Source: Calcarisporiella thermophila CBS 279.70 | Lineage: Eukaryota; Fungi; Calcarisporiellomycota | Length of the DNA stretch: 64,000 nt | Reading direction: 5' to 3' | Assembly (NCBI RefSeq): GCF_041956535.1 | Contig: NW_027192196.1 | Coordinates: 10,273-74,272 of the forward strand | Shown here: positions 24,300 through 37,800 of the stretch, one piece after another | Layout of the letters: each line of letters opens with the position of its first letter | Position numbering within the stretch: the stretch's first letter is position 1 | The notes under the pieces: generated by a model | What the model was told of the DNA's origin: nothing | Databases searched by the model: none | The model's input: only the letters and a program-made list of their open reading frames with translations | Made by a program: the position numbers and the translations under genes

Positions 24300-25220
24300 T
24301 CAGAGACAAATATCCCCACAACACATTTTGCTTCTGCCTCTCTTATGCTCACGATAAGTTCTCCACCACTCCAATACTTCTTGAACCAAACGCTCGTTAA
24401 AACCATAGATAAATACATTAAAGACCCCTTGAATTGGAAGGCAAACGGTTTCCATTGCTGTCAGCCACATGACAGGGCCAACTAAGGCATCGTAGATCCG
24501 ATTTATGCACGGGAATATCCAGAGTGCCACGTAGCAAAATGGAAATATCATTGTCAAGTGCATCACCCTTTGCGCGTTCACGGCGAGATTTTGGTTTTCA
24601 GTGAGAAGCTCAACCTCTCTTACGTATCTCTCGTGTTGGCGCATCATGTAAAACACTCGTGCGTATAAAATCACCACCGTCGCCATAACAATATAACGAG
24701 GAATGTAGTTTAATATAAAGCGCTGGATGTCGATAGGGATCCAGCACCATGCACCGACGGGTATATACCTGATGGTAGAAAGCGGAATGAGCCCTGTTAT
24801 TATACCAATTCCCCACACAAGAATGTGAATTGATTTCTCATTGCGCTGGATCCAGGTCGGTCTTCCGCTTTTTGAAGGATCCCAGCTTGTCAAGATGATA
24901 TAAGTCCAGATGCAAATCACAAATATCCAGTAATCCGTGGTAACGATAAACGTCTGCATCATGAAGCCACTAACCTGACAAGCAGCTCCTTCAAATGTTG
25001 AGCCAGTGAAGGCCGCCTTCGAAGAGGATGAAACCATGGCAAGGTTGAAAATTAGATCTGACACCATCAATGCTATAATTAGCCGTCTTCGAAAGTGCTT
25101 ATATTGCCCCACTATAAAACTTAGAGCAATCGCGATGATAATGGTGATGGAGCTGATCATGGAGAACACAAAGGCCAAGATATTTAGCGTGACTATATTT
25201 TCTTGCGTAAGTGTAGGCAT
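24300..25220 (-). CDS. 7-TM GPCR, cAMP-receptor-like/Git3-like, intronless, 306 aa
   Basis: Seven hydrophobic segments; FRRRLIIALMVSD, ACQVSGFMMQ, GAWCWI, FPFCYVALW, LPIQGVFNVFIYGFNE. Confidence 0.85.
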   Translation of the reverse strand: MPTLTQENIVTLNILAFVFSMISSITIIIAIALSFIVGQYKHFRRRLIIALMVSDLIFNLAMVSSSSKAAFTGSTFEGAACQVSGFMMQTFIVTTDYWIFVICIWTYIILTSWDPSKSGRPTWIQRNEKSIHILVWGIGIITGLIPLSTIRYIPVGAWCWIPIDIQRFILNYIPRYIVMATVVILYARVFYMMRQHERYVREVELLTENQNLAVNAQRVMHLTMIFPFCYVALWIFPCINRIYDALVGPVMWLTAMETVCLPIQGVFNVFIYGFNERLVQEVLEWWRTYREHKRGRSKMCCGDICL

Positions 25221-26899
25221 GGTGAATATCGTCCACGTATGACCAGGTGCCGCTTAAGATCTGTGACGAATTGTTGATTTTGAACTCAAGCTAGTTACAA
25301 AAATATGAATGGATATGGGTAGATTAGTGCATGAGCAGCTCGCGTACCCTTTCAGCAGGATTGGGGATTTTCCCCCAAGGTATAGGACGCTCTTGGGTGG
25401 GTGGGAAATTGATATTTACAATAGTAAAACACGCTTAATGAAAATTAAAAGAAATTCCGCCTTAACACGAAAGAATATATGGGATAAAATAGGTCAGGGT
25501 TCACGATAAATAGTATTAAGGAAAATCTAAGTTCAATTATATTATACAATAAAACATTTAATTATTTAGCAATCTGGGCGTTTAGATACACAATTCATCA
25601 TAATTGTACAGGATAAAGTTAGCATTAGAGCAAAAATCTTAAATCATTTCCCAGGAACAAGCTTTATTTACTACTGAATCCAATCCTAGTGCAGGGTTGC
25701 AAACTCGAGCCAAAATATTAAATAAAAGAACGATTACTTTCTTCAAGAGTAATAAGTTGAAAAAGGAATAGTGAGAATTAATCAGGGTGAGAAATGGCAA
25801 GTTGATATAGTATAAAGTAAATTGGCAAAAGACTGAGAAAAAACAAGCATGTGAGTTAATTAGAAGCATGTAACTAAATTAAATACAAATTAGTCAGACG
25901 TATTACAAGTCGTCGAATAAAGAGAACGTGCACGCCATCGCATCTATTTGATAGAAAGCATTTGTTTATATGAACGTACATAGATTACAAGAAAAAGGTA
26001 TAACCGCATGGTATAAAGTATTTTAGTGAGCTCTGATGAATAAACATTGTCCAATATCGTGATATTGGGACTAAATGTTATGGAATGGACCTCAACAGAT
26101 ACGCTTAGTATCTTTGAAATAATATTAGTGCACCCTTCATCTGTAGGCTACCCTTCTGTATCATACAAAATTATATTCATATGGCGATGATTGAGACTTT
26201 AAAAATGAGAGCACGCTCATCCACTTGAAGAGTATACAGCCACATTGATATTGCTTCTTTAACGAGATATTTATAATCCATTTACTTAGTGACGAAATAG
26301 AGAAACCCGGTTTTACTGAGAAAATTCTAAAAATATCACCTATCACTCGCACCCCATTCCACACAGAAAACCCTCCCTTTACTTTTTATCGGGTATCTTT
26401 CCGAGATCTTCTCTTTATCTATTTTACATTCTTCTGGTAAAAATCTCAACTCGGATACAGATCTCTCCATTCTCATTTAAGCCCGGTTAAAATTAGGTTA
26501 GTGTTTCTCATAAAATAGAGTGGATTTCGTGAAAATTTATATTTTCCCAAACACTTCATTTGGAGTTATAATTACTAGAGACAGCAATCCAGCATTGGGT
26601 TAAAATCGGTATTTCATCATGCATCTCTTGAACAAGTGCGGTGGATTTTAGAGTTTAACTTTATCTCTTCACTTTTCCAGTTAGTCTTGTACTACACGCG
26701 GAACCTACAGGAATTAGGGGGCTAAGCAGGCTTGGGTCCAACCCAACATATTTTAGCTTATTCCATGCCTCAACCCCCCAAAACGGCCTGTCTCCCGAAT
26801 AAAGCGCAAGCGAAATCTATAAAGCTACAAACTTTCCTCTTAAGAAAACTAGACGCGATTAGGCTTTAAATAATCCTCTTTACTGAACTGCTACCCACG

Positions 26900-27247
26900 A
26901 TGGTTGAAATTCGTCATGTCGTTGTATTTAAATTCAAACCAACTGTAACTAAAGAACAGCGTGATGAAGTTATCGAGAAGTTTCATGCTCTAGAGCATAC
27001 AGTTCTTCGCGAGGGACAACGAACCATCAAATCGATTGAAGACGGTGAAAACATTAGCATCGAACCGTGCGATTTGGGATACCACCATGTCATTCAGGTT
27101 ACATTCTACAGCATAGAGGATAGAGACTTTTACGTCAAGGAATCGCAAGTTCATGAAGATTTTAAAAACTACGCACTTCAATTTTTAGATTTAGATGGTG
27201 ATAAAGGCGGTCTATTAATTTTTGATTATCCAGTTGCGAAAGCCTGA
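26900..27247 (+). CDS. Dabb family stress-responsive A/B barrel protein
   Basis: IRHVVVFKFK, GENIS.E, GYHHVIQVTF, DRDFYV..H..FK, IFDY motifs; 115 aa. Confidence 0.88.
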   Translation: MVEIRHVVVFKFKPTVTKEQRDEVIEKFHALEHTVLREGQRTIKSIEDGENISIEPCDLGYHHVIQVTFYSIEDRDFYVKESQVHEDFKNYALQFLDLDGDKGGLLIFDYPVAKA

Positions 27248-28444
27248 TATTTCACTCTATACTAAATTAAGTTATCAAATAAATTAATCATTCGAAAATA
27301 ATCCAAGATTATATTTCTCTTTTGCTTTAACGATACCATCTATTCCGGGTTGAAATTCACGATAATCGGTACATTCGGTGAAAAGATTATTAATTCACGG
27401 GCATTACATAATACCTAACTAACCTAATATAGCATTTTGTAACCTAACCTAAATCTGCTGCGACTAGCATATACTATAATCATTAGGCTCTACATTAAAA
27501 TCGATATCTGTTAGTGAAGAATTAAAATATAGAGTAATCTGAATGCAAAGATCTTCATACAATTGCTAGGTGAAATATGAAATTAATATCCGTCTGTACG
27601 ATCTCAGAACCATACAAGCTTGAGAGGTAGAAAAAATTTATGACTTTTAAATTGAAGTAGAATTCTAAATTACTGAAGTAGTATCTTACCTGCTCGTGTA
27701 ATGTATGATAATGGTCCCCAGTATGCCTTCTTCGGTAACGATCGATTGTTGATCCATGCGGTCCAAATCTACTTCTCGTGAAAAAGATTCCTGAAACCAG
27801 AAACGATATTATTTTTGGCAAAGTATCAGCGACAGAGTTTTGATAATTTCTTGATAGTCATTTTTACAAAGGAGAATGAAAAGGTCCAAATTATAAAGGT
27901 TACGCTCAACTTGAAAATAATAAAATTTTAATTTGACGCGAGGGTAATAAAAGTAGAAGTGTGACTTGCTGTTAAATATAACAAAATATTTAACCAACTT
28001 AACAGTAATTAATAGTTATACCCGGGTACTAATCCAATTACCCAATGTTATATTGTAGTGCATTTCGTTTAATTATATCATATTCAAAATTTGTAACGAG
28101 GATCGCATTCATTATAGAGAAAAGTTTTAAAACTAACTCTTAGCTTGTCTTCTCTCCATGGTGTAGTTTTTTTTTGTTTGGCTTACTCGTACTTGTGTAG
28201 AGGCATAAGCTTAATTTATGATTTCATTTTTTGACAATCTTCGAATTTAATATAGTCCGTAGCATAAGATTTAGAATAATAATATGAAAATCAAATATTA
28301 TTAGGTAAAATTAAAAATTAATTCTCCTTGATAATAGCTGCATATTTTTTTAAAAAAACACGAAACCGTGTTTGAGTATTCCGCTTCTTTTCTCAATCTT
28401 CCCTTTAGTTTTTTTAATAATATTTATTTATTAAACAATATAAG

Positions 28445-29879
28445 ATGATGAGCAAGAAAAGACGGTTAAATCAGAAATATATTTTCTTTTCGGCTTTTAA
28501 TTTGGTTGTTATCCTATACTTCTTCTTTCTCAAGACCAACGTTAAACCTAAAGTTTACCCAGACTCGGAGGATGTTCAGATCAACCAAACGGAAAAGATT
28601 CGTGCAGCATTTGTGGTCCTAATACGCAATTCTGATGTCGAGAACATCATAAAGCCTATTAAACAGTTGGAAGCAAACTTCAATCATAATTACGGGTATC
28701 CGTGGATTTTTCTCAATAATGATGATTTCACTGAAGATTTTAAGCAGAGAATCAATACCGCTGCAAATATTACCGCATATTTTGGCAAGCTCTATTACCC
28801 AGTTATTGGGATGCCTTGATATATTAAGTCATTTTACGATTTTAATAGGCCTAATTCCTAAGGAAAACTGGAGTTATCCACCTTGGATCGATGAGGAAAA
28901 GGCAAGGTTTGCACGAGAGAAGATGAAAAACGTAATGTATGGCCAAAGCGAGTCCTATAGGCACATGTGCAGGTAGATTTTGGAACTTACTGTCTAATTA
29001 GGCTGTTGTGAACATAACTGTAATTCATGGGATTAGGTTTGAATCGGGTTTTTTTTATCGACATCCTCTGCTCCAAGATATTGACTATTACTGGCGAGTT
29101 GAACCTTGGACGGACTATTCTTGTGAAATAGATTTTGACCCCTTCCGTTTCATGAAGGAAAATAACAAGAAATATGGTAAAGAAGCTTTTTTGTTAATTC
29201 TTGTGTTCACACCTCTATACTTAATTTCAAATATCCTTATTAGGCTTCACAATTGCTTTACACGAGCTCCGCGAAACAATTCCCACTCTTTGGAAGACAG
29301 TCCGTGAATTTATCGATGAACACCGACACCTTATACCTGCTAATAATTCATTTGACTTTGTAACCGACGACAACGGTCTCACCTTCAATCTATGCCATTT
29401 CTGGTCCAATTTTGAGATTGGAGACATGCGGTTTCTAAGGTCCGAGGAATATACGACCTTCTTCGAATATATGGACCATGCGGGTGGATTCTTTTATGAG
29501 AGGTGGGGGGATGCGCCAATTCATTCAATAGCTGCCGCATTATTCCTGAGAAAAGACGAAATTCATTTTTTTAATGAGATTGGCTATTATCACCCTGCTA
29601 TATGGTAAGTATTTTTATCCTTTTCTCCTCTTCTCATTTCTTCACTTTTTCATAGCCTGTCAACGAATTTGGAATTTATCTCGTTTTTTCTTCATTTTGT
29701 AGGCACTGTCCGTCAAGAGAAGTCAATAATAAATGTACATGTGATCCAACAAAAAGCTATGGTAAGGGTGACATATAATTATTTATGATTTCTATCTAAC
29801 ATTTTAACGATTCTTTTTAGACACACATGAGTACTCTTGTACGCGCAAATGGTTTGATATAAATGGAATAACTTATTAG
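28445..29879 (+). CDS. GT15 alpha-1,2-mannosyltransferase (KRE2/KTR family), multi-exon
   Basis: N-terminal TM; [27 protein letters not shown]^[39 protein letters not shown]; first intron 28785..28848 is GC-AG. Confidence 0.93.
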
Positions 29880-30899
29880 GTGCCATTGCTGCCTTTTTGT
29901 TAATACATTTTTTCTTATTATGAAGATGAAAGAGATTGTTTCATATAAAAATATATATTCGTGTACAAGCTATTATTTAACAATACAATCAAATGATAAA
30001 TCTACGGAGTTTAATATTATTATTTTCGTAAATTACGAGTCAAACATGCAATGTACTACAATGTCGAAAATAACATGGTTTTCACCAACATATCTCAGGA
30101 TAGTGAGGTCGATTTTTTGAATAAAATACATTGACATTGGAATAAAAATACAGCTACGTCTGTTCTTTGAAATAATTATACAGTTATGAGTGGATATATT
30201 GAATAAACTAGCACCTCGATTATTCCTACAAACTTACAATATAAAAGAGAAAAAGAAGGTGTTTCAAAAATGAGTGTTTTCTGATGGGACTTCATGTAGC
30301 CACACCATGAAACCTAAGGATACCTTAACCGTCTCACGCAAATGTTATTTAGAAAAGAATGTACGGAAGGCCTCCATTCTGTCTATATGAAGTTGATAAT
30401 ATTTACATGATCTCACCCGAATTTAGTAATGATCTAAAACAATAAGCTCATATTAAGTCATAGCAGCTTTAAACAGGCTAATATACTCCCTGTCTCTAAT
30501 TTTTATCAGTACTTTGAGATGAAACAGAGTTATGGCGATCAATGTTAGGACCCGAGTTTGCCCACGACAATTCACTAAGTAATTAAGCTTAATACATCCG
30601 AATCTATATATGTCGAAGTGATCTAATATTGCCTTATTTTCAAAGCAACTGCCCAACACTTACACCAACGATTTCTCAGATATTCCATATCAAAGATAAA
30701 TTCATATTTATTTATTATTCCAGATAATTTAGATTTCAGAAACTTCGATGCATCGGGAAAATCTTCGCACGATGCGAAGAACCCTTGCAAAGAAGGAGCA
30801 TAATTTGCCATCTGTATTTTATATATAAATGATGACTATTTGAGAGTATTGTGTCATTGAAAAGTAATTCTTATCTACCTGTATCAATCTCTGAGCAAA

Positions 30900-31685
30900 A
30901 TGAAGTCCTCTGTTAATCTACTTTATGTCATATTCGTTCTAACATTCTTCTCTCTAGTTGCGGCTTCCCCAGTACTTCCGCTCCTCAATTTGAATCAACT
31001 ATTTGGCTCTTCCGCTAAAGCTACTCCATCCGTTCAGGCAACCTCTCCAGCCCAAACTGGTTCTTCAACTCAAGCTACACCCCCTACCCAGGTCGCCTCT
31101 CCAGCTCAAACTGGGTCAACTCAGGCTACACTCCCTGCCCAGGTCGCCTCTCCAGCTCAAGCTGGCTCTTCCACTCAAGGTATATCCTCTGCCAAGATCG
31201 GTGCTCTCTTACAGGGAGGTGGGGTGTCGCTTCTCGATTTGAATAAACTGCTAAGCGGTCTAATTCAAGTCAATCCGGCCGCAAAGCCCGGATCTTCCAC
31301 TCAAAATACTCCAGCTGGTCAGGGTGCTGCTGCACCTCAGGCAATGTCACTCATTGATTTGAACAAATTACTAAGCGGCCTCGTTCAAGCTAATCCTAAA
31401 TCTCAGGCCACCTCTCCCGCCCAAACTACTCCTGCTGCTCAAGCGGCCTCCCCCACTCCAACTGCTAAGGCGGCCTCTCCCTCACCTGCCGTCTCCCCTG
31501 CTGTATCTGCATCGCCTGCTGTCTCCCCTGCTGTATCTCCATCGCCTGCTCAGGATACAAACCCAAATACAGCTTCGAATCAACTGGCCATGAATGAGAT
31601 TATACGGCTCTTGAGAGTATTGAACCTTCTAGATGCACTCATCGCAGCAAATACTCTGACTCCGGCTGCTCCTAAGGCCACCTGA
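30900..31685 (+). CDS. Secreted Ser/Thr/Pro/Ala-rich repetitive protein, 261 aa
   Basis: Signal peptide; QATSPAQ/QVASPAQ and SPAVS repeats; duplicated SL(L/I)DLNKLLSGL(I/V)Q.NP motif; intact ORF. Confidence 0.8.
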   Translation: MKSSVNLLYVIFVLTFFSLVAASPVLPLLNLNQLFGSSAKATPSVQATSPAQTGSSTQATPPTQVASPAQTGSTQATLPAQVASPAQAGSSTQGISSAKIGALLQGGGVSLLDLNKLLSGLIQVNPAAKPGSSTQNTPAGQGAAAPQAMSLIDLNKLLSGLVQANPKSQATSPAQTTPAAQAASPTPTAKAASPSPAVSPAVSASPAVSPAVSPSPAQDTNPNTASNQLAMNEIIRLLRVLNLLDALIAANTLTPAAPKAT

Positions 31686-32793
31686 AGTACCAAGCTTTGT
31701 ATATTTTAAAAAATGGTAATTTTAATGGAGCTGTGCCCGTATTTCCAAGAATATCTTAATATTCTTTTTATAATAAGTTAGCTTTAAATCATTTTGTAGT
31801 GAAGAAAAAGTAAAGTTTAATATTTTAGAATGTTTTATTATTTTTAATTCGGTAATATAACATCAATGATAAAATTAAGCAAGGATTGTTCTCAAGCATA
31901 ATCTCAATTGGAAAATCCAAAGCTCGGGGGCAATAGGAATTGATTCGATATATACATTAATAAGCACTCGTCCATCATACACAGATAATCAAGGAAATTA
32001 GATCTAACTCGGTAACTACTTAGATATGCAAAACTGCTATTAAATCCTTGTACAAAGAATATCAACTATTCTTTGAATGACATGATATCGCTCCAATTGG
32101 AGAGTAAAGTAAATTTGCGATCAGTTAAAATTCAGGGCTCACCATAGCTTACCCGATGCCTTTACATAATTTGCACTTGAGACCCTATTGAAAAATCCAG
32201 ATCAAGTTCAACTTAGCAGAAAATTGGCTGAGCATAATTCATAAATAGCGCATTTAATTTCAATAAAGTACGAACATCTCCGGGAAGGATTCTCTAAAGG
32301 GCCAAAGAGAATATAAAAATTAAGATGAGAGCATAGTAGAGACGAGGGAATAAAAGTGGCTGGACCGGAGCTACACAAGATGGTATGACCGAGATGTTGT
32401 AGAAAGAGAAGGGCAGTTGGTTTAGAATCTAGAGAAGAAATCTCTTGTTAAAATTTCCTAACAGGTTTTAATGCATAATTTTATCTTGATTGACAATTAT
32501 TTGTATTGGTATTTTCTATTCCTTCTTACTTTCATTTTGGGCTATCAAAATAATGAGCTCCTAGTATATTTTGCAATTGTCCATCTTTTCTGCTCTACTC
32601 TAAAGCTTTTTATTCTGACTATTTCATAAAGATATTAGATATAACAAATGATTATATTGTAGTATAGGAGCAAACAAAATTTCCAGAGCTTGGGCAAATT
32701 ATACATAAAATAATTCTAAAAAAAACGCTGTTGTTCTGAAAAATTGGTCTCTAGTTGTGGTCAGGCCTAGGTCCGGTTAGTTAATTAGTATAC

Positions 32794-33066
32794 TTAGGCT
32801 TTAGGTGCAGAAGGTAATCCAGGAGCATGGATATTGGGATCAGCTCGATCTCCAGAGCAAATGCAATGGCACATAATAAAGTGGCAATGGGTGAGTTGGC
32901 CAACTGCTTTTTGGCTGTTCGCGCAAGGATTAGTACATGTCTTTTTACAGTCTTGGGATGTCATGCAGATTGATGGAGTCAGAATATTTCCAAAGAATTC
33001 GGGCGTCTGAGCGATTACAATATTGAAGAGGGCCAACACAAGGAGCAGACTAATTAGAGGATTCAT
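32794..33066 (-). CDS. Secreted 8-Cys peptide with CS-alpha-beta (defensin/scorpion toxin-like) spacing
   Basis: Signal MNPLISLLLVLALFNIVIA; C-x5-C-x3-C-x3-C-x12-C-x4-C-x-C-x-C; Pro-rich tail. Confidence 0.7.
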   Translation of the reverse strand: MNPLISLLLVLALFNIVIAQTPEFFGNILTPSICMTSQDCKKTCTNPCANSQKAVGQLTHCHFIMCHCICSGDRADPNIHAPGLPSAPKA

Positions 33067-34850
33067 TGTAATAAGGAGTTACGGAAAGGGATGCTATTAT
33101 AGATGCAAGATAATTGTTTTTGCTTCATCCCCCCTACCTGCTTTTATATCTGTTTCCCGGTCGGGTTCATGGGTCACGCTAACCTCTAATGTTTTCTAAG
33201 ATAATCCAAATTTTCATAGCTTTTTGTTGCTGTCTGTACACAACGGCTGTCAATTGAACTCCTCCCCCGTTTTTATTAACTTGATTACTTAAAAAAGAAA
33301 AAAAGGACGAGGACATATGAGGTCTTGTAGGGATTTTGGCCATAGGCCGAAGGGATTCCAGGTGAAATCTCATAATCCCAATCTCACGTCTTACAAAAAG
33401 GGTCTGTCCAATTTATGAGGTTCTTATACTAGAGAGTGTAAGTTTCACCTCTTAGCCGATTCCCAAACGAGGCAAAATGGCCGACTTAGATTCTACTAAA
33501 AACAACAATACCACTATTAGGTAAACTGGTTCTTACTGTAGAGTGGTGTTGGCTTAAGAGTGCAATGTAATGGCCCAAATATGATTTCAGATCACATATA
33601 TTGCAACCACTGTGACATTGGAAGCATATTTGTCAACAAATTTTTGCATCCAACGATTCTTAATACAATCTCATTTCAATAAAGATGACCACGTTTAGTA
33701 ATAGGTGCACCCTTTTTTCTACTAATCCTCGCCCTCTGCATATAGAAGTATAGCTCATCTCCATCAGCAAGAATTTACCCTTTGATAGGACCAAGATTCG
33801 ATAATGTATATATATATATTTGGAAGCTTAACTTTTACATTACAAATGAAATACCCAACATCGATCCATTCTGACCCTACGGATATATTGGGAGTAACTT
33901 TCACACGCAAGATTTTGTTGCAAAGACAATGACAAAGAAGCATCTTTGTCATAGTCTTTACATAAGCATTGATAAAGTGGTAATCGCAGAGTGTATTAAA
34001 CCTATCACTATCAATAATCAATGATGATCCATTTGCACTCTATCAAGATAATAAGGTGACGAAAAACTCTGGTATAAAGTAAAAGGGTAACGCACTGAGG
34101 GGAGGTTCAATTTTGATTATCTAGGGCTATATTTCCAGTAGCTTATTACTATGGACTGCTGTAAGGTTTCTATTGAGAAAGTGTGCATCGTCCTAACGAG
34201 AGTCTTCTTTCCCGAGGGGTAAATATTTCACTTGAATATCGTCAAATACTCTCATTTAAGTATGGTGATACTAGGTTTTACTCTTCTGCGAAGAACCATT
34301 TTTGGAAAGCTTTGATTACCTGGCGAGACTTCCCCCTTCTTTGGTAATGCCTTTCTAGGCACTACCCTCTTTCCTCAAATCCTAATACCCTTCTAAATCC
34401 ACTCGTAAAAATATACCTTCCCGATCAAAATTTTGATAGTCCGAGTGTGATACCTAAAATATAAGCCCAGCTGATATAGTGAAAGTAAAATCTTTTGCAT
34501 AGGGAAGAAATTAGTACAAGTTGGTCAAATTCGTTCGGGTAAACTCAGCTGTGCAATGGATCAAAAATCAAAATATTGCTTTCTGAAACTCGTATCTTAT
34601 TTAATAAAGAACCGGGCAAAATACAGCCAGAAAGAAAATGCAAAATATTGACGGATATAAGCCTGGAAGATGTATATAGAATATAGAATAAAGCCAAATG
34701 GATCAAGCGCAAAGGTGCAGTCGATTTTCTAAACAACCCGAATTGAGATATGAATATTGTCCAGGGTACATGCAAAGAGTCAATAGCAGGATCAGTATAC
34801 CCTAGGTCTTAGCTTATTAATGTAGCGAATTGACAATGTATGCGACTATC

Positions 34851-37800
34851 TCACATTGAAATGGATTGCAAAAATACGTCATACGCAGGACAAATACATC
34901 TCTCGAAGAGCTCCTGGACAACTAGCATATTGAACTCTGAGTCAACTAGTATCGCACCCAAACAACTCTCAACTATATCACCAAGCACTTTCGGTTCTTC
35001 CACTTTCAGCCAGCTTCCGTCTTCAAAAGCAGTCGTCTGTTTCAGTTCCTCCATTTTGGCCGAGTATTTGGTCATGGCTACCCCTAGTTTGACTGAATAA
35101 TGAATGATATGCTTGTCGAGACCCATTTGCACACAAATTGCGGCAAGGACTTTGTTTGAGACCATCGTGCCTTTGGTGTTTGTGAGCAGGGCTGGAGTGG
35201 CGGTGGGATATTTGGTAAAAACATGTTTTACCACAAGGAAATCAAGGACAGCATCTCCTAAAAACTCTAGGCGTTGGTAGCATGGGATGGTTGTGTTAGG
35301 GAGCGATGCGTGTGTCATAGCCTGTTGGAGTAAAAGCGGATGCCGGAATTGATAGCCTAATAGTTCCTGAACACGCTCCACGTCCAATTTTCGGGTAAAT
35401 TTGTCATTGATGTCGGTCAAAGGGAACTCTCGATAGATGTATTGTTTTTTGAAATCATCCCATCCGCGCATATCCTCAAATATAGGGATCATCACTCGCG
35501 CCACCTGGATGCATCCCTCATATCCGTCGGAGAGAAAGCCGGCTCCTAAACATGCCTCCACCACGTCCGCGAGCTGCTTGCCAGCAAGAGAGTGCTCGTT
35601 TCGAGCGACGTTTTGTTCCTCAGTATCCCCACGCGCAGTCCAATTTAGAGGACGCCAATCGCGTCGACTAAACGGTTTTGCACTCATGTAGCATGGTGCT
35701 TCCAATCTCAGTGCACTATATTGAAATTAAACGTTCGATAGCCTAGCGGAAAAAAATACACCTAAAAATACCCAATACCATTTATATAGAGCGTGGTTAC
35801 TGATCATGCGAATGCGACGATGGTGAAGTTGGCCCTCATGGTCATACGTGTGCAGCAGAAATAGTCGGATGGTAACAATCAGTTTTAAAATTGAATCTCC
35901 TAATGTTTCAAGCCGCTCATAGTCGAAGCCTAAGTTCACAGAGGGAGCTGTCATTGCCTCGAGAGTGAGATCATCTCGCATCGATAGACCCCATCTAGTC
36001 TGAAAATCTTGAACCAGCAAATATGCATCCAAGCGAGTCATAATGGATGGTAGAAGCATTGCAGCGCGAAAAACACTTGCTGATACTACAAAACGCCTGC
36101 TGAATTCAGGAATAATGAAAATGGTGTCATGTTTGGGTTTGATATCCTCAGATACACCAGACTGCAGATAGTTTATGGTGCGACCCGTGCGCAGTACTTC
36201 AATGAGTGGTTGGTTAGAGCATTTCAGACTCAATCCGAAGGGTTTATAAAAGTCGGCAAAGGTCGGCAACCCACTTTCCACAAAAGCAATCTTTTAGTCT
36301 AGGGGTAAGGAAGCAAAAAAAAAGCTAGAACTTACGCTTCTCGGAGGACCAAATGCTCTGGAGGTGGCATTACTGGAGACAAATCCTTTCGTACGGCCTT
36401 AACATAGAACCGACGTTGGTTGTCATAGTTTTCGAACACAATGGTGTCATGCAACTTTTCCAATTTATGGATATCTAGAGGAAGTGTCGAGGGTCCGAGT
36501 ACTGTGCTATCTACTTCTTCCCATGCAATGGATTCCAGTACATCCCCATCTGACTCATTCCTCCACTTTGCTTGCATCGGCACAATCCAATATGGCATTC
36601 GTGAAAGATCGCAGAAAAAGTCCTTGTTGAGAATGAAACGCACAAGTTTAAGTGTGTATTGACCAAGTTTCTCGAATTTCTCTTTGTCAATCTTTAGGAT
36701 CGCTTTGTTTGAAAATGGGGTTAATGCCTAAAATAGAGAGAAGAGTGTTAACGGTGGTCTATACCATAATTATCACCTAGAGAAAGCATACCCGTGAAAC
36801 CCCATTAAAATATAGGTTGAATGATGGGATAATTGGGAATGGTTTTCGGGTAAGTAGACAGAGGGTTCTATATTCGTCATCTTCACTTTGTTCTAGTAAT
36901 GGTGTATCCAAATGAAGGATAGTGATATAGAGCTTTGTTGGCAGTGGAGGTGTTGAATCTGGGGTAATCTAAAGCGAAAATAAATACTGAGCTACACTTT
37001 ATAAACACTAGAATAAAGGGTGCTTACCAAAGAGTATTTAAACTTGTTAGCCTTATCATTCTCTGCACCATTCTCTGCCTGGTAATTGTCGTTCTCTTTT
37101 TCCGATTCTCTATTCCCTTCTTCTAGCTCTCCATTCACTTGTACTTGATCCTCATTGAGCCAAAATTCAGGAAATCTACGCGTATATATTTTTCGGTTTC
37201 GCTTGCTCGCAGCACTGGCCGCCATTTCCTCCTTGGTCAACTCATGTTTTTCTTGTTCGAAATTCCGTGGAGGATTCAAGTGATCATCCAGTTGTCCAGC
37301 TTGATGCAGTATCACACACATGTCAAAAGCGGCCACTCTCTTCGATACTTTCTTTGAAGTCACCACATTAGATGTGACCTCACGCACCTCAACGGGAGCG
37401 TTAATAGGCAATGTGAGATGGCATGAGTATCCTTTCTCCTCCTCTTGGACATGGAATTTGGGTTTTAGACTACAATATATATCCGTCGGAAGAGATTGGC
37501 AATATTGATGCAGGAGCGAAATGGATGAGTCCAACGAGATTAGCGCCCCTGTTGAAGGTATGATGTAATACTGTTCAGTAAGGATATTATCATCATCATC
37601 TTCTTCATCCAAGTCTTCCAGAGATTGCTCATCTTCGGACGGTTGCAGACTCGAACTCCTCTCCTCGGGAAGAGTCGAACACCACTCCCTCATGGCCGCT
37701 TCTTCCTCTTTGAGTTGCTGGAACTGCTTTTGTTGCTCTATATTTCCTTCTTCTAACATCACGAAAAACTGAGACTCCTTGTAACGAGCGCGGCCACGAC

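Noticed and set aside
20943-27452. TTAGG/AACCT telomere-like motifs at about 20943-20965 and 27413-27452
   Set aside because: Only 2-4 degenerate units each; no array.
30453-30811. Possible spliced minus-strand gene MANYAPSLQGFF... divergent from the secreted repeat gene
   Set aside because: No motif, no convincing complete model, and it overlaps the neighbour's likely promoter.
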